A stretch of DNA of 64,000 bases from an uncultured Gammaproteobacteria bacterium (GCA_964459725.1 CAYWNT010000001.1:91529-155528), one strand, 5' to 3'; shown: positions 26,401 to 30,526, counted from the first letter of the stretch. A program made the numbers and translations. Notes: generated from the letters alone by a model not told the origin.

Positions 26401-29112
26401 GAATATACAGAATTTGTTTTCGCTGTTGAAACCAGTAATGCCTTACTTGGAAAGACTTATAGACTAAGACTTTATAATAATACTGACTCAATGCCTCTTG
26501 ATGTCTATACCAGCTATCCTACACTTACCTCAACCTCAACAGATGTTATAAGACACTCCAAGGAAACAATAACTAGCCTACCAACAGGGAATAATGATTA
26601 TAAGTATTTCTTGGATCCATTAGGCTATACAAATGTAAGTTCTGACAATGGAAGCAGAGACAGCATTACAACTTCTGCGCAGTATCCGGTTTATTATTTT
26701 GCTACCAAGCACAGCAATAATACTGATGCTTTAAACGTAATCTGGAATGGCCAATCTAGCGTGGATGGATCAGTGAGCAATATTGTTCTGCAAGTTTATT
26801 CTTATGGTTCTCCAAACCAATGGAAAACAATTAAAACGAATAGCACCAGCACAGCTGGAAATGACTTTAGCTTGACGGCTAATATAAACTCAGATATTAG
26901 TGAACATTACGATCTTTCTAATTGGACCTATTGGAGAGTTTATCAAGAAACAGGAAGTCAGACGCTTAGCACGGATTATTTTGATATTTCCTTTGCCCCA
27001 CCAGTTGAGAGTGTTGATCAGCTTCATTATAGATGGAGAGATGACGACGGAGGAGAGTCAGGGGCGACCTGGAGAGATGCGGAAGATGAAGGAGATCCAA
27101 CCGGAGGAAGTTCGCCGATTGAGCCTGGAGACAAGATTCGTCTAAGGGTAGAACTGGCTAATATTGGCGGAGGAGATGCTACAGATTATGAATATTATTT
27201 GGAATTTGCCACTACAACGGATAACTGTGTAGCTAGTTTTGGAAACTGGACCAAGGTTCCAACTAACACCAGCACGCATTGGAGAATTGCGTCAAGCACA
27301 AACTACTCTAACGGTGATAGCACTACAGCGCAATTGGCAAACTCTGAGAGTTATACTTTTGTAGCCGGCTCAATGATTGAGGATCCATATACCACTTCAA
27401 GTCCTGTTACTTTATCAGAGGATGAGTTTACTGAGGTTGAATATGACCTTACTCCGACTTCGAATTCACAAATTGGAGGAACATATTGTTTTAGAGCTAC
27501 TAATAATGGGGCAGCGCTCGATGCTTATTCTGTTTATCCAATAGTTACTCTGGGTGGTGTTACCAATACTTCTCCATACTTTACAGTTGAGCCGGTTGAT
27601 GGTAACTCTGCTTCTACTTCTCCAACTGACATGGGTCAGGCTGTGTCTTTTGCTGCCACCGCTGATGATCTCGAAGGAGATGACTATTATCTGGCAATCT
27701 GTAAGACCAATAGTATTACCGCGGGTAATGATGGACCGCCTACCTGTACTGCCGGAGATTGGTGTATTTCAGATTTAGCATCAAGTACTGACGAAGCAGC
27801 CTGTAACTATGTAACCGATGATGCAGGCGAAGTCTTGGATTGGTATGCCTTTGTCTGTGATAAGTATCCTGGATTTGGTGTAGCTAAGTGTTCAGCAAGT
27901 TCGCAAGGATCAGGAGATATTTTTGAAGATTCACCATTTGTTATTAACCATCCGCCAGCCTTCAGCGCAGTTTCTACCCTAGTAGACAACCAGGATCCGG
28001 GTAGCGCATTTACTATTTCTACTGTTTCATCAGATACAGATAGTGCTGGTGTTCAAGATACTTTGAGTCTATATGTTTGCTTGACCAATTCAGCATCATT
28101 TGCCGGATGTACTGGTGGGGCAGGTGATACGGTTTGTTCAGCAGTAGCAACTAGCTCACCAAATGCTAAGTGTAGCTTTAATGACACAGCTCCGAGTCCA
28201 CCTGGTGCGACAGCTTATTATGCCTTCCTCTATGATAGTCATGGGCTGCCGGCAACATCTAATTCCAGAAATAATAGTTATACTATAAATAACACAGCGC
28301 CTTCCTTGGGATCTCTAGTATTAAATTCAGGTAGTGACATTACCTTGTTTATGAAGGGAACTGATACAACAATCCAGACTATAAACTCATCTATCACTGA
28401 CCTGAATGGCTGCTCATCATTGGTGAGCGCTACTGCTGTTGTTTATATGTCAAACGTTACCGGCGGCTATAATTGTGCTCCGAATGACAATGATTGTTAT
28501 TTGGTGGGTACTTCGGATTGTGTGATAGGAGATTGTTCTGGTGGAGATGACATGACGGCAAGTTATACTTGTGATGCTGACTTGAAGTACTTTGCAGTCC
28601 CAACTGATAATTCAACCAATAATCCAAATGAGGCTTATAATTGGTTGTCATACATGAATGTTTATGACGGATCTAATTATGTAGCTACAACGTCTCAAGG
28701 AGTTGAGTTATTTACATTAACCGCCCTAGAAGTTCTAGAAGAAAATATTGATTTTGGCAGCAATATGATTTCAGGGTCTGATACTGGAAATGTGAATGCA
28801 ACAACCACAGTTGAAAATATCGGAAACTCACCAATAGATACCAGTCTCACAGGTACAGATATGACAGGAAATCCAAGTGGAACGATAACTGTTGGAAACA
28901 TAGAATGGAGCTTGAATAACTTCTCTTGGTCAGTAGGAACTGATTTGACTACCACGGGTGATGATGCTGGCTTAAACATTATAAAGCCAACTTCTGAGTC
29001 AGGTGAGTCAGATGCTGTTTATTGGGGACTGGGAGTGCCATTTGGTACAGATGCTAGCCAATTTACAGGAACTAATAGCTTCACAGTTCAGCTTTATGAT
29101 GGTGGTTGGTAA
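2413..29112 (+). CDS. Giant (8,899 aa) secreted or membrane-anchored modular surface protein (FN3-like, DUF2341-like, LamG/ConA-like and unassigned beta-rich modules)
   Basis: One uninterrupted ORF in the track. It has an N-terminal hydrophobic segment (RIAWVFLVLFLIFSIVFSANF) followed by an acidic E/D/S/T-rich stretch. Recurring modules are FN3-like (P[TD]APG...NFSEY[RK]I[FY]YK), paired ~300-aa units (TVxFPAGxY...FEAQFEAY...LVVTYTY and KTRTVxFPxGV...KKAWFRV...ELxITYxY), DUF2341-like (WYDxxWxYRxxLTI...FPVLA...LYIYYGN), LamG-like (WHxxxxVYDG...YIDG) and a Cys motif (GYKWQxxAC[ND]D..CSxW). Opposite-strand ORFs inside are short and low-complexity. Confidence 0.85.
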   Translation: MLVRFLNKNRIAWVFLVLFLIFSIVFSANFKENIEIVGAFETDRINVYPGEFSIEKERQIPEWKNIDNSFVQDLSEVEHISKFDQNNSANIIIGLELPPEDEESGGGSSESFFDEENSDNQESESSEQTGDEETATTSVEGGEIEDEEDVEVNISTSTNDSSGEEEIADTDVVEEPVITEEAPEETVEEEIGSSTEEAEEDNDVSVFDKAIRGFKSVIGYTKSYFRDFRSALAQDATSTEESENNFEGEEIVEEEIIIVDEYSSTTTTQNVTATSSADLDLVLDENEATSTVLNEEEGQEVGPTESRNEQKLSSSIIYSDFGLPEDYEEKEISNVQLRVSMAAMSNKLGDELNFAFRTDSEGEWLDISNYDIYTPISNLNNSGYYLIGMPIFEGWNDIDDLQVRVSYKSEDREQHKQKTSIYVDAMWLEVDSILPNEVIFEEEEEDAELLELKKRFSLDLLSEKLSFEPGESPKFKFKFKENRGLIRRIGAGMMSVVRDEYSDIEIVAHLMRGKEEVRSFDLSTNYLNDGEFELDFGSEMREFQPGEYRLEIEIKENNLTLGRILDFSQDFSWGVLAINPNKTIYNLGETAYLQMAVLDDLGHTICNADLSLEIISPDGSVVTQTTEGELVRNPECGPDNVIDTPDYYSFYETEEEGEYTMRLVATTTTGTKEISDKFEVRANVPFEIERVGSTRIYPWANYEMRFNIKVNEDYQGEFVEYVPRSFMFVYRDGAREIINGDTKELHWDVDWKAGEIHSLRYIFDAPNISPEFFLLGPASLPASGFEEIRKWQIASDAEIDYVIAEAIGIDAGTTDTVNWTEAVNAGAGSFTGGDKYFVYVTAGFLGSATAVNTDFEVRYGATPQYTGLVEAPGSNSDDFQISWFDVYDQPGSPTDISVHYRTNSGQSNALHAQVIAINLSDLNSSDWKYASNTSLTQHTTGFVDFVNVTLDAADGSKDWLVFAMEDVIIDSAGVNYQGEIYDGSTSYMGYSMEGENTAEQLPYVLMAPFDDVAQDAVFSFRARDDATGINDHNGSKIFALNLDAFESHKTYYADTNTAIAASPSWTEIGNLNSGGNYQPSTTGNQFIFASWIDDAASASAGTNDRLQVNGSTVPTGWDWAQGGAVSRTTHDGSDENLFNISAVASIPTTGNPIDMDATEIIRNSQIADEVSMTVFSTELVGQLAPTGNFNSVAQKTDGSKIVDISIEINDANSDNITARIDYATGTTCSFVSPGDPTLEEATTTIIEDFGDVHIDNESTYQVGTTSYEIITTSGSNTVNFDWNAYLDLPGIEGSYCVQLTANDGTVDQSPVATTTIYIDNINPTAPGVWTVENIYYDAIEFNFGATSSDTNFSEYRIYYKEGTSGVSQSDNYWGSSNDSNLGYDDFNGATSTRVGILKPDTDYVFAVYGVDIYGNAASSLELTVKTGTGRANTVVFPAGVYSADGTTGQNTDTDYTFNTFNFDLVETGVKIENAFVIFEAQFEAYVNNANPYTGYSLYFDTCAEPCTANAVSGTDAASTTDTTTLANNESESNQGKMIFDVTEEAQMASYTGGQMEAQVGYRINNGLTANSISAARARLVVTYSYHPDSESLTKTVVYPLESTAAGDSGSRQSSQAICTVDNNCPFFTYNMDIPEFSSSLADWFSVTGVRDGSTDSRIDLNIEGNDNPSSVYVHEGALGGQQSTYPNLIFDDTPGFTENTDQTLEYHVYTGGTTYLMGGEVYDTYTASATAPIKTRTVVFPVGVLNNGITTATSSGGVDVYFPENGTTNGNVDIKRAWFRVKTNNRVDGSQYMYLRSRVGSTASSSMYSYNYSPGGSVIKPVFDIYHVLATTTYSELDNANATTPVKVNIDTRNSTVNNGGTSVELVVTYTYSSEAEGYLTSLLVNGGQVDKETNTALATGTTAALVFPEDESKRTLLAAGMNASYLISDGDGGVPVGYTIDINMSTTTPVCSDIFESPTDGINAFIEYTKDVTAAISNAHNTTYNTCYSNDQGGDVNFGGAKVNSTVLYTYMYYTPQMVKIMSQDQRKADDTTSIPNNTWTDESEVNLHASALDVNGGTSTDFYFELIGAGDPFTSTTTEPASACADGTGYAACSEKIWTKNITKTGQASWYDSNWSYRLPITINASEVVSHESNFPVLATGTISALAYTGSGGKVASSSGADIVITDSSGTTTLGYERALYDSATGEFRFWVNADISSTTDTVLYLYYGNSNISEDMASTTLAWNSGYDLVYHLEEAPAPDGIHYDSTANSYDANFRDANSNSDTNVSGVIGGADLFNGDADYLAIQDMTYTAAGIPEVTVETWINTTDGADQMIASFDRNQFWRLEVNGTAGGIGEIGWGIMTSGGQLDFNSNTRVDDGLWHHVAATYDNGSVAVYIDGQSVNTTSIGATYGTAATRYGYFGVGSESATFDSTKGPTSYVDGYLDELRISNVSRSSGWIATQYKNHTDVDSLMSFGSEETEYFDGSVNITSIPDSATGYKWQIKACNDSGDCSIWDDFNAAPNFMVDATAPTAPGNLTDGGKTFRTITVNFGGQTTETNFAEYKIFYATSSNVTEADSEHDDGDLDFQNYNTTSDTTITDLQPDTDYWINIWAYDLAGKKASATPVQITTNASPRAKTVMFPAGIYTGDGTTGQNTDTDYSFTSFDFSLAEAGVSIENAYVVLEAQFEAYTDNAGNYDGYTIYFDTDSSSADAINNGVQVSDTNILAYNETESNQVRILADVTSEAQLAAYSGGSELKAQVAYNLSKGGATENSIASAKAKLVVTYTYDVTSESVTNTVVYPLESTASGDQGTRANVQSDDCTKDSDCPTFDYNMDIVEYSASPNSERLASWFETFNQSDNNRANDVSVDVNIESAGDEFDSYTFIHEGALDDQVSLPNIYFSSLDNYVENTDQTLEYYATSPGSAFYYLVGGEVFETYTASSSASTKTRTVRLPLGVINNGLTTATTSGEIDVYFPENGSATGTVEIKKAWFRVISNNYASAANNISISTKMGDNSTTTNQVYDYNSGTVVVKNSFNIIHVIPGSDYAELESANANTPVTVRLNTKNSNATAQGGMSAELMITYAYSSESDGYLASLSIFGGQTTSDESTDFRNSTSSTASLIAPEMKSKKTMIGAGILSSYLYSDSDGGVNTGYTIDSNIALSSPVCSNSFEAWADGTNSFTEYYQDVLSVLTVDHDQSYETCFSNDGGGDGASGGAKANAELIYTYSYNDPQDVSVDAYAQYKSDGSTQISNGTYTNENQVILSALGSDIYGSEDFNFYFELLDYSGSFETDTTEPVGACSYGDSYAGCGGKIWTVAATSSQSDWYDQNWLYRKTLTIDASQVVGNETDFVALATTTDSNLLSYARSDGFDILFTESDGQTRLDHERVSYSSTTGELIVWIETDISSTSDTDLFMYYGNPASTDQSTTTGTWSNGFEAVWHMEVSPDGTSDEIVDSTGNGNDGTSYNMDGTNQNSDTIGSSLNFDGTSEYIALNTNYTGAGSISELTVCAWFNTSFSGGAYNDNWALLDFDRSDYFDFYVRGDTGALEFSTSDGTVDDFIGNTSGHNDGNWHYGCAVYDGTDKYLYIDGNPDGIDLNSHGGSGLGTANTRYGFIADGSEATTFNGGRNAFYYEGDIDEMQYSLTTRGPNWIKTSFNNQKSADSFVGFGSQEIGVFSTEAKVAITSIPDSDTGYKWQALACNASSTCSAWDDFDVPPNFYIDTTPPDAPGNLTLDSKTTRTATLNFGFESDDAHFSHYQIFYKEGTSGATTDDIEHVDSNLNYKNYYGASDTTLTGLEPDTNYVVNIWAYDSAGNKTPAATELTFMTNPAPRAKTVQFLAGTYSADGSTGQNTDTKYVYPTFNFKLVENDVYISNAYIVFEPMFEAYADNAGNYTGYDIAFDVCQEPCTANASSSADMIEKNSTSVLAYNETESNVARILFDVTNEAQMVAYTGESVELEAQFAYQLNKGSIENSISATKATLVVTYTYDDTSPSFTNTVIYPLESMGSGDSGSRQAVQTDDCSLDSDCPLFFYNMDLVEYSAGASGRLSQWFQTYNLNDAHGANDIYINVNIEGDDATSSTYIHEAANGAEQNSTPMTIFSSVSGFIENTDQYLEYQAYDPTAGGNYYMIGGEVFETYIASSSASSKTRTVSFPIGVINNGLTTATTTGAVDVYFPENGLSTGNVTIKKAWLRMKSNNYLDGSNSINIETQVGDNASSTNLVYDYVFGSNIVKPSFDIVHVVPGSDYTEMARANVNTPKRINVATSNTNANQGGMSAELMITYIYTDETEGYLTSLSILAGQSDDDSNSQNSTTNFTSILPESSGAKTVLGAALLSSYLQTDSDGGVTGAQGLVGSNIATSSPVCSNTYNSRADGMNGFVEYYNNVTASLLTTHNQTYEACFSSNGHTDTSGGAKMNGQLVYTYQYYVPQNLLLTIDNQYKADNVSVIPNGDWTNESEVNLKASAVDTSASSTYVDFFFQTIPSGSSFSTTSKPTEYCADGTAYSSCSSKIWAASTSLSTAAEWYDSDWLYRKKLTINATKVVSNETDFPVFASTTHSDFAHTDHAGHVASSSGADIMITASDGTTVLNYEREVYASSTGRLGLWIKTDISSTTNTELYIYYGNSSVVLDQATTTGVWDDDYDNVWHLSEVPDGSSDEILDSTGKGGDGTTYGAMDAADSIEGLGGKALDFDGGSDYVALNSSFSGAGSISEMTVCNWFNTTWNGTGFTDNWAFLDYDRSEYFNFYLAGDTDTLEFSTSDGSMDDFVGNTSGLNDGTWHYGCAVYDGTDKHIYLDGNPDGTQLDPHGGSALGTANTRYGFIGDGSEATTANGTRNNIYYQGKIDEVHYSSVARTPAWIKTSFNNQSDAPTFISFSSTEESYSSPSVSGEVNITSIPDSATGYKWQAMACNDEDTCSEWKFFDTAPNFLVDSTPPTTPGDLTLSTTTATSFTVNFGATTTEDNFSTYKIFYKQGLSGVDENDTELTDSNLTNILYNGATSTIITGLSAYTQYVVNIWAYDLAGNKTAATELQIMTAEAPHARSRTVMFHAGSFSGTGATGKNSDEDNAFSTFNFQLAETDVDIRNAYIIFEAQYEAYANNAGDYTGYELMFDSCAEPCTADALTGTDRLSKTDSNVLSYDETESNQIRLLFDVTSETQIAAYGGDNSQLEAQVGYSINRGTLVNSIANAKATLVVTYAYDSDNSTNYTNTVIYPLESTAVGDTGTKQVQQNDDCVLDSSCPLFDYNMEVPEIDTDLGDWFEMYGLNDNAGGNDLNITVNIESVDVDSDVYIHESALGGDQSVLPKMIFDSVWGFNENSDQILEYHMYDPTGGGAFFLLGGEVVDTYTAPVNATTKTRTVSFPMGVLTDGQTTSLASTSIDVYLPENGSGSGVVSVKKAWFRIKGSVYDAGTLADVTVSSKFGDNILSGDEVYYLRPGSTVVKPSFTIIHVASTTDFTELDLANGTTPKEVVLNVTNSNANLGGVSAELMITYTYTSEANGYLTSLNLFGGQSDLDGNSTSDTQSAALSVFPELRGVETVRAAGLLSSYLINDSDFGVPAGWFLSDTNISTGTPSCSDSYGTRTDGMNGFTEMYKNVFLSVDNIDQQAFTTCFSISNADLSAGAKMNSQFIYTYQWNGPPTEFTQTNWRWYENIDNITASSSLAAEKTAITGVDIGEALRLRMNIGVANENLAISSQTFKLEYLLGSDCSTSTGWTDVGGLAGSEDWIGYNNPDPVDGATLPSVLLSDSDVAETYEEKNNTSVNPNALMVGEYGEWDWVIYNNSASSTSDYCFRTVKGDGSELDDYLGDSYPKLTTNKSNTQPEDASSLAQFRGDGTTQIPNASWINENDVNLVAGAIDPNINEVITLYYELVPNASSTLTATSVPIGACSSGTAYDSCSSKVWYVTSSQGDYRTVPFIGTTSIITIPDSTAGYKWQVLACDDDNECSSWVTPASNPNFKIDTIAPTIPGALIATSVAATSITLEFGATTTEDNFDTYKLFYKLGTSGVTETDNESTDPNLENILYNGAATTTVINLSANSTYVFNIWAYDLAGNSSSSTIETSTSTLSSFTAPTAALVDVSQKTDGTGAVDIAIRVDDLDNDDALRAKVLYAAGAGCVFGAGSDPTLDETDDNITATYGDPDIYNSQEFQVGSSSNWIITSPGENYVLFDWLSKTESNGSDGTYCIGLVVSDGMFTIATRTRLFILDNKAPNAPGALTLENKDFDSVKLQFGSQSSDTRFDRYRIFYKEAVSGVVESDTEHNDSNLAYDDYNGATTTEITGLSPNTEYVFNIWAYDTRGNSTSSVEINVKTNAVPTSILADNQFKIDEVTAVSNNTWTDEDSIVLSASVHDQDVADEITFFYELRDDSSSFSSPATAPVNPCASSTTYAACSNKIWAASTTNQVLPASWLGSDWLYRKQLTVNSSQVDSTENNYPVLVNITDSDLAQDARSDGLDIVFTSDNGTSTLNYEIENYNSGTGEISAWIEGDVSSTTDLNFYMYYGNGANTTDYSTTTGVWDNDFVGVWHLDETVVDESTAVNAHYDSTVNNQNGDQDGNNELAGQVYRGQEFDGDDSIDIGNDQLLDIEDDITLSAWMYVDGETTWKYIRNITLSPATPVDDYQIRIELTPSNFDYSKANIDGSDLRFYDSSDTLLDYYIGAWDTAATSTVYVKVENSGSTAIVMHYGNASASSLSDATSTFEFYENFEDGSISDWTTYGSGDVQIYSGGFDGSGYAIEKINNGDPAGGYKSLGFTIDDYELIAKTNKYMTANQLRMGLEDSSHNGYSLQLTNPFGAGNQAIETRTAGTGGNGDVASQAFSPWLDEWREVRLRRFGANNLEFDVYTASGTTLLQSVSGTDSTYTSNFDRVVIHGGLPYLVDDIMIRKYSANDPAITIGEEIGGGLGKLGSFGIYANQASTTALINGTSVNAGAISDWSLVTMTYDKDAASNNLKLYIDGVLAASTNYTQSIGTSSAELLFGNMFVGRLDEVQLSSAVRSASWIKTAYNNQNNPSSFITVSSESRVVSYFESILAIQLPESPDVNSGYKWQVMACDDDDDCSSWTSFNPTVPNFKVDTISPTTPGALSMRSRSSNSISLNFGSQTTETNFSEYRIFYATSTAVSETSYELIDADLGFIDYNSTTFTSVSGLTPDTDYYFNIFAYDEVGHVASSTIVNIKTTIPVSTPGVSFYHKGDRVLYYKIWDGTDWSTEQTGPTLGSAAGDDIRHIRTLRSDDGSKIAVLARTSDGGSQEFWATVYQFAADSFVNTSQLGSAQAGTNNEQLMSGCLGSLSGGEFFVVRNNNAADGTLVYSWDSSGWTTEAAGPDPIAVLANCKLVRRPGTDNYILLTHDDDNDTGTAYYYGGSTYSNSWTLWTQHSGTEEDPDNFAIDAFFDEGDNTQGAITYSGSAANWYGIGKYFIAGDSSLNFGATANMPTEWTDDYVDGEFAADPAGSGIAYFMGRDVDYRASVLQIDISSGAPVWSTTTNGTSISGTNLYQHTFDSFKPYAINFYKDNKGLAIYNDRINSLPYYRIINATTNTLDAASTQVEGATSDLWVRVRSYNDPQEDESLMLFQNDNEDYYAVFWNGGSEKFYNTADNPSSNQVWTSMASGLTVTNPEDENVSFAFAAYNSPPLSPTGLMQYKTDASTTIANTAWTNESTVKFEISANDPDTAENIRVFLNLDTATSTFSSTSTIPDNACASTTTFSLCSSKIWEVASSTVGDYSVTPFVATATIAGIPDSFIVTAGYKWQAFSCDDDGECSSWSVFNATVPNFKVDTVVPTIPGSLSVDSVTSDTVTLSFGAETNEDYFSEYKLFYKAGLSGVTDLDLEHIDSDLGYINYNGTTDTTVTSLSSSTQYVFNIFAYDLAGNVASATVEALATTTAAANLVQASYIFENDNASDVNSNSAAGAIDTQISDLHIGERVLARIQLENNGGDEAASKNYVLQFENQTDDPGTWTDIGAATELSYSEGLSGDSGDFITSFKAAANGASWINGYWYENTHQTTSFTISNNEYTEFVFAVETSNALLGKTYRLRLYNNTDSMPLDVYTSYPTLTSTSTDVIRHSKETITSLPTGNNDYKYFLDPLGYTNVSSDNGSRDSITTSAQYPVYYFATKHSNNTDALNVIWNGQSSVDGSVSNIVLQVYSYGSPNQWKTIKTNSTSTAGNDFSLTANINSDISEHYDLSNWTYWRVYQETGSQTLSTDYFDISFAPPVESVDQLHYRWRDDDGGESGATWRDAEDEGDPTGGSSPIEPGDKIRLRVELANIGGGDATDYEYYLEFATTTDNCVASFGNWTKVPTNTSTHWRIASSTNYSNGDSTTAQLANSESYTFVAGSMIEDPYTTSSPVTLSEDEFTEVEYDLTPTSNSQIGGTYCFRATNNGAALDAYSVYPIVTLGGVTNTSPYFTVEPVDGNSASTSPTDMGQAVSFAATADDLEGDDYYLAICKTNSITAGNDGPPTCTAGDWCISDLASSTDEAACNYVTDDAGEVLDWYAFVCDKYPGFGVAKCSASSQGSGDIFEDSPFVINHPPAFSAVSTLVDNQDPGSAFTISTVSSDTDSAGVQDTLSLYVCLTNSASFAGCTGGAGDTVCSAVATSSPNAKCSFNDTAPSPPGATAYYAFLYDSHGLPATSNSRNNSYTINNTAPSLGSLVLNSGSDITLFMKGTDTTIQTINSSITDLNGCSSLVSATAVVYMSNVTGGYNCAPNDNDCYLVGTSDCVIGDCSGGDDMTASYTCDADLKYFAVPTDNSTNNPNEAYNWLSYMNVYDGSNYVATTSQGVELFTLTALEVLEENIDFGSNMISGSDTGNVNATTTVENIGNSPIDTSLTGTDMTGNPSGTITVGNIEWSLNNFSWSVGTDLTTTGDDAGLNIIKPTSESGESDAVYWGLGVPFGTDASQFTGTNSFTVQLYDGGW
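6379..17169 (+). repeat. Three tandem ~3.6-kb (~1,200-aa) coding super-repeats inside the giant gene; a truncated fourth copy continues to ~19290
   Basis: The P-[TPD]-x-P-G motif that opens each FN3-like domain recurs at 6379, 9952, 13543 and 17170, giving periods of 3573, 3591 and 3627 nt. The domain order is the same in each unit. Units are diverged, roughly half to two-thirds identical in protein by eye. Confidence 0.8.
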
Positions 29113-29149
29113 TGAAGAGCATAAACTAATCTAAAAAAATAAAAAAAAA

Positions 29150-29179
29150 CAGATCCCGTGAAGAAGGATCTGTTTTTTT
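29150..29179. terminator. Bidirectional rho-independent terminator between the giant gene and the convergent 192-aa gene
   Basis: An A-run precedes the stem cagatcc (29150-29156) / ggatctg (29166-29172). A T-run follows at 29173-29179. Confidence 0.75.
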
Positions 29180-29262
29180 CAATATATCAAAGAATAAATG
29201 TTTTTAGCGGCTAACTCCTAAGTTAAACGCTAAATAAATATTTAAACTAAGATGAAGATAGA

Positions 29263-29841
29263 TTAGAATGAATATAAACGGATGTTATTTTTTGTCTTCA
29301 GTACATCAGTTCCGAATCCGTCATTGGCCAGAACCATGGAGTTATCATCAAACTTAAAACCATTCCAAGTGGCGTCTGGTGATTTTTGGGTCTTAAAGGA
29401 TATTTGAGCTATTGGAGATTCTACATTTATTCCTGGGTAAGGCTTTCCGCATTGGATACTTATCTTTCCCTCTTTATTATCGATAGTGTGCTCGATGAAT
29501 AAGTCGCAAAATGAGTTTTCGATATTAATAGAAGTAGCTTCCAGGGTGGAAGTTGAGAAAAATATAAAGACCCCAACAGCATTTATTGACTGCCCGCCGG
29601 GATCTACGCTGATATCGAGAAGAATTTCATCAGATGAAGTAGAGTCTCCTAGGTCCATATTGAGAATTGCAGTGGAACTGGTTGCTTTCACAGGTGTTCT
29701 TACTGTATTTTCACTTTTGACTAAAGTCGGGGATGAGAATATCAAAAATAAAGCAATAATTATAAGGAGGATAATCTTTACTACTCGAAAAAATTCACTT
29801 CGAATGAATATTTGTGTTTTTAGCATGTTAGCAGTTTTCAT
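29263..29841 (-). CDS. Membrane-anchored cohesin-like domain protein
   Basis: ORF track entry. It has an N-terminal TM segment (VVKIILLIIIALFLIFSS). DISVDPGGQSINAVGVFIFF...SMVLANDGFGTDVL resembles the cohesin-domain proteins common in CPR genomes. This is recalled similarity, not a search result. Confidence 0.5.
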   Translation of the reverse strand: MKTANMLKTQIFIRSEFFRVVKIILLIIIALFLIFSSPTLVKSENTVRTPVKATSSTAILNMDLGDSTSSDEILLDISVDPGGQSINAVGVFIFFSTSTLEATSINIENSFCDLFIEHTIDNKEGKISIQCGKPYPGINVESPIAQISFKTQKSPDATWNGFKFDDNSMVLANDGFGTDVLKTKNNIRLYSF

Positions 29842-29919
29842 ATTGTTGATAACTGCCCCTTCTTTTGAGTTATGTTTTCACATCCGGGGCCTTAAGTCAA
29901 TAGATGATTGCAAATTTGA

Positions 29920-30336
29920 TTAATATTTTATTTCTACTTCCTCTTTTATTTGACTATTTGTCTTTGTAAATTTTTTTCCATTAACATAGATTTGCATATT
30001 GGTGGTGATGTCCAGTCTCTCGTTGCTGGTTTTGTATATCTCATACCAGCCTTGTACTGTGGCGGACATTTTTACACTTGTTGGTATTGAGGAGGTAGAT
30101 GTGGTTATTTCAATTTTATTTGTTTGAGGTATTGAAGCCTCAGATTCTGTTTTTGCCTGTACAAAGTAGAGGGAAGAAACTAGGGCTATGGTAGATATGA
30201 TAAATATTGATCCGATTTTTATGCGTTTAGCTGGCTTTACATTTTCTTTCTGTGGTTTTTTTAGATCTATCACAAAATCATTTCCTGGAGAATCGTGCTT
30301 ATTTATTATTTTGTTGAATAATTTTTTACCTAACAT
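29920..30336 (-). CDS. Hypothetical single-pass membrane protein
   Basis: ORF track entry with a basic N-terminus followed by a TM segment (IGSIFIISTIALVSSLYFV). It is in the same orientation as the cohesin-like gene, 78 nt upstream of it. Confidence 0.55.
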   Translation of the reverse strand: MLGKKLFNKIINKHDSPGNDFVIDLKKPQKENVKPAKRIKIGSIFIISTIALVSSLYFVQAKTESEASIPQTNKIEITTSTSSIPTSVKMSATVQGWYEIYKTSNERLDITTNMQIYVNGKKFTKTNSQIKEEVEIKY

Positions 30337-30357
30337 GTGATTCTAAATAAAACAGGC

Positions 30358-30390
30358 AGTGAACCCCACTGCCTGTTTTGTATAATAATT
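30358..30390. terminator. Strong hairpin flanked by A- and T-runs, 25 nt upstream of the start of the minus-strand 138-aa gene
   Basis: aacaggcagtg (30361-30371) pairs with cactgcctgtt (30377-30387). An A-rich run lies 5' and a T-run 3'. On the minus strand it reads as a terminator directly in front of the ATG at 30336. Confidence 0.55.
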
Positions 30391-30431
30391 CCTAGTTTAA
30401 GTTAGAATTAAACAAAGTTTTATAAAATAGT

Positions 30432-30526
30432 ATTTGTGGTGGGTTCGCTACTAGCTCAACATTATTCTATTAGCGACCAGTTAGAGAATAATGTTTCTTA
30501 GCTTCAGTGGGGAGCTCCCCCTTTTT
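30432..30526 (+). ncRNA. Candidate ~95-nt structured small RNA of unknown class
   Basis: A perfect 11-bp stem pairs aacattattct (30458-30468) with agaataatgtt (30485-30495), extended by agct/agct. It is followed by the self-complementary ggggagctcccc plus a T-run (~30507-30526). tataaaat at 30421-30428 is a possible -10. No ORF is present. Confidence 0.25.

Noticed and set aside
2367-28979. About 25 short ORFs (60-147 aa) on either strand inside 2413-29112
   Set aside because: All are nested in or antisense to the intact 8,899-aa ORF. They have low-complexity or repeat-derived translations and no RBS context.
29486-29923. 145-aa plus-strand ORF
   Set aside because: It is antisense to the cohesin-like gene, which has a TM anchor and a recognisable domain. 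This ORF has neither.
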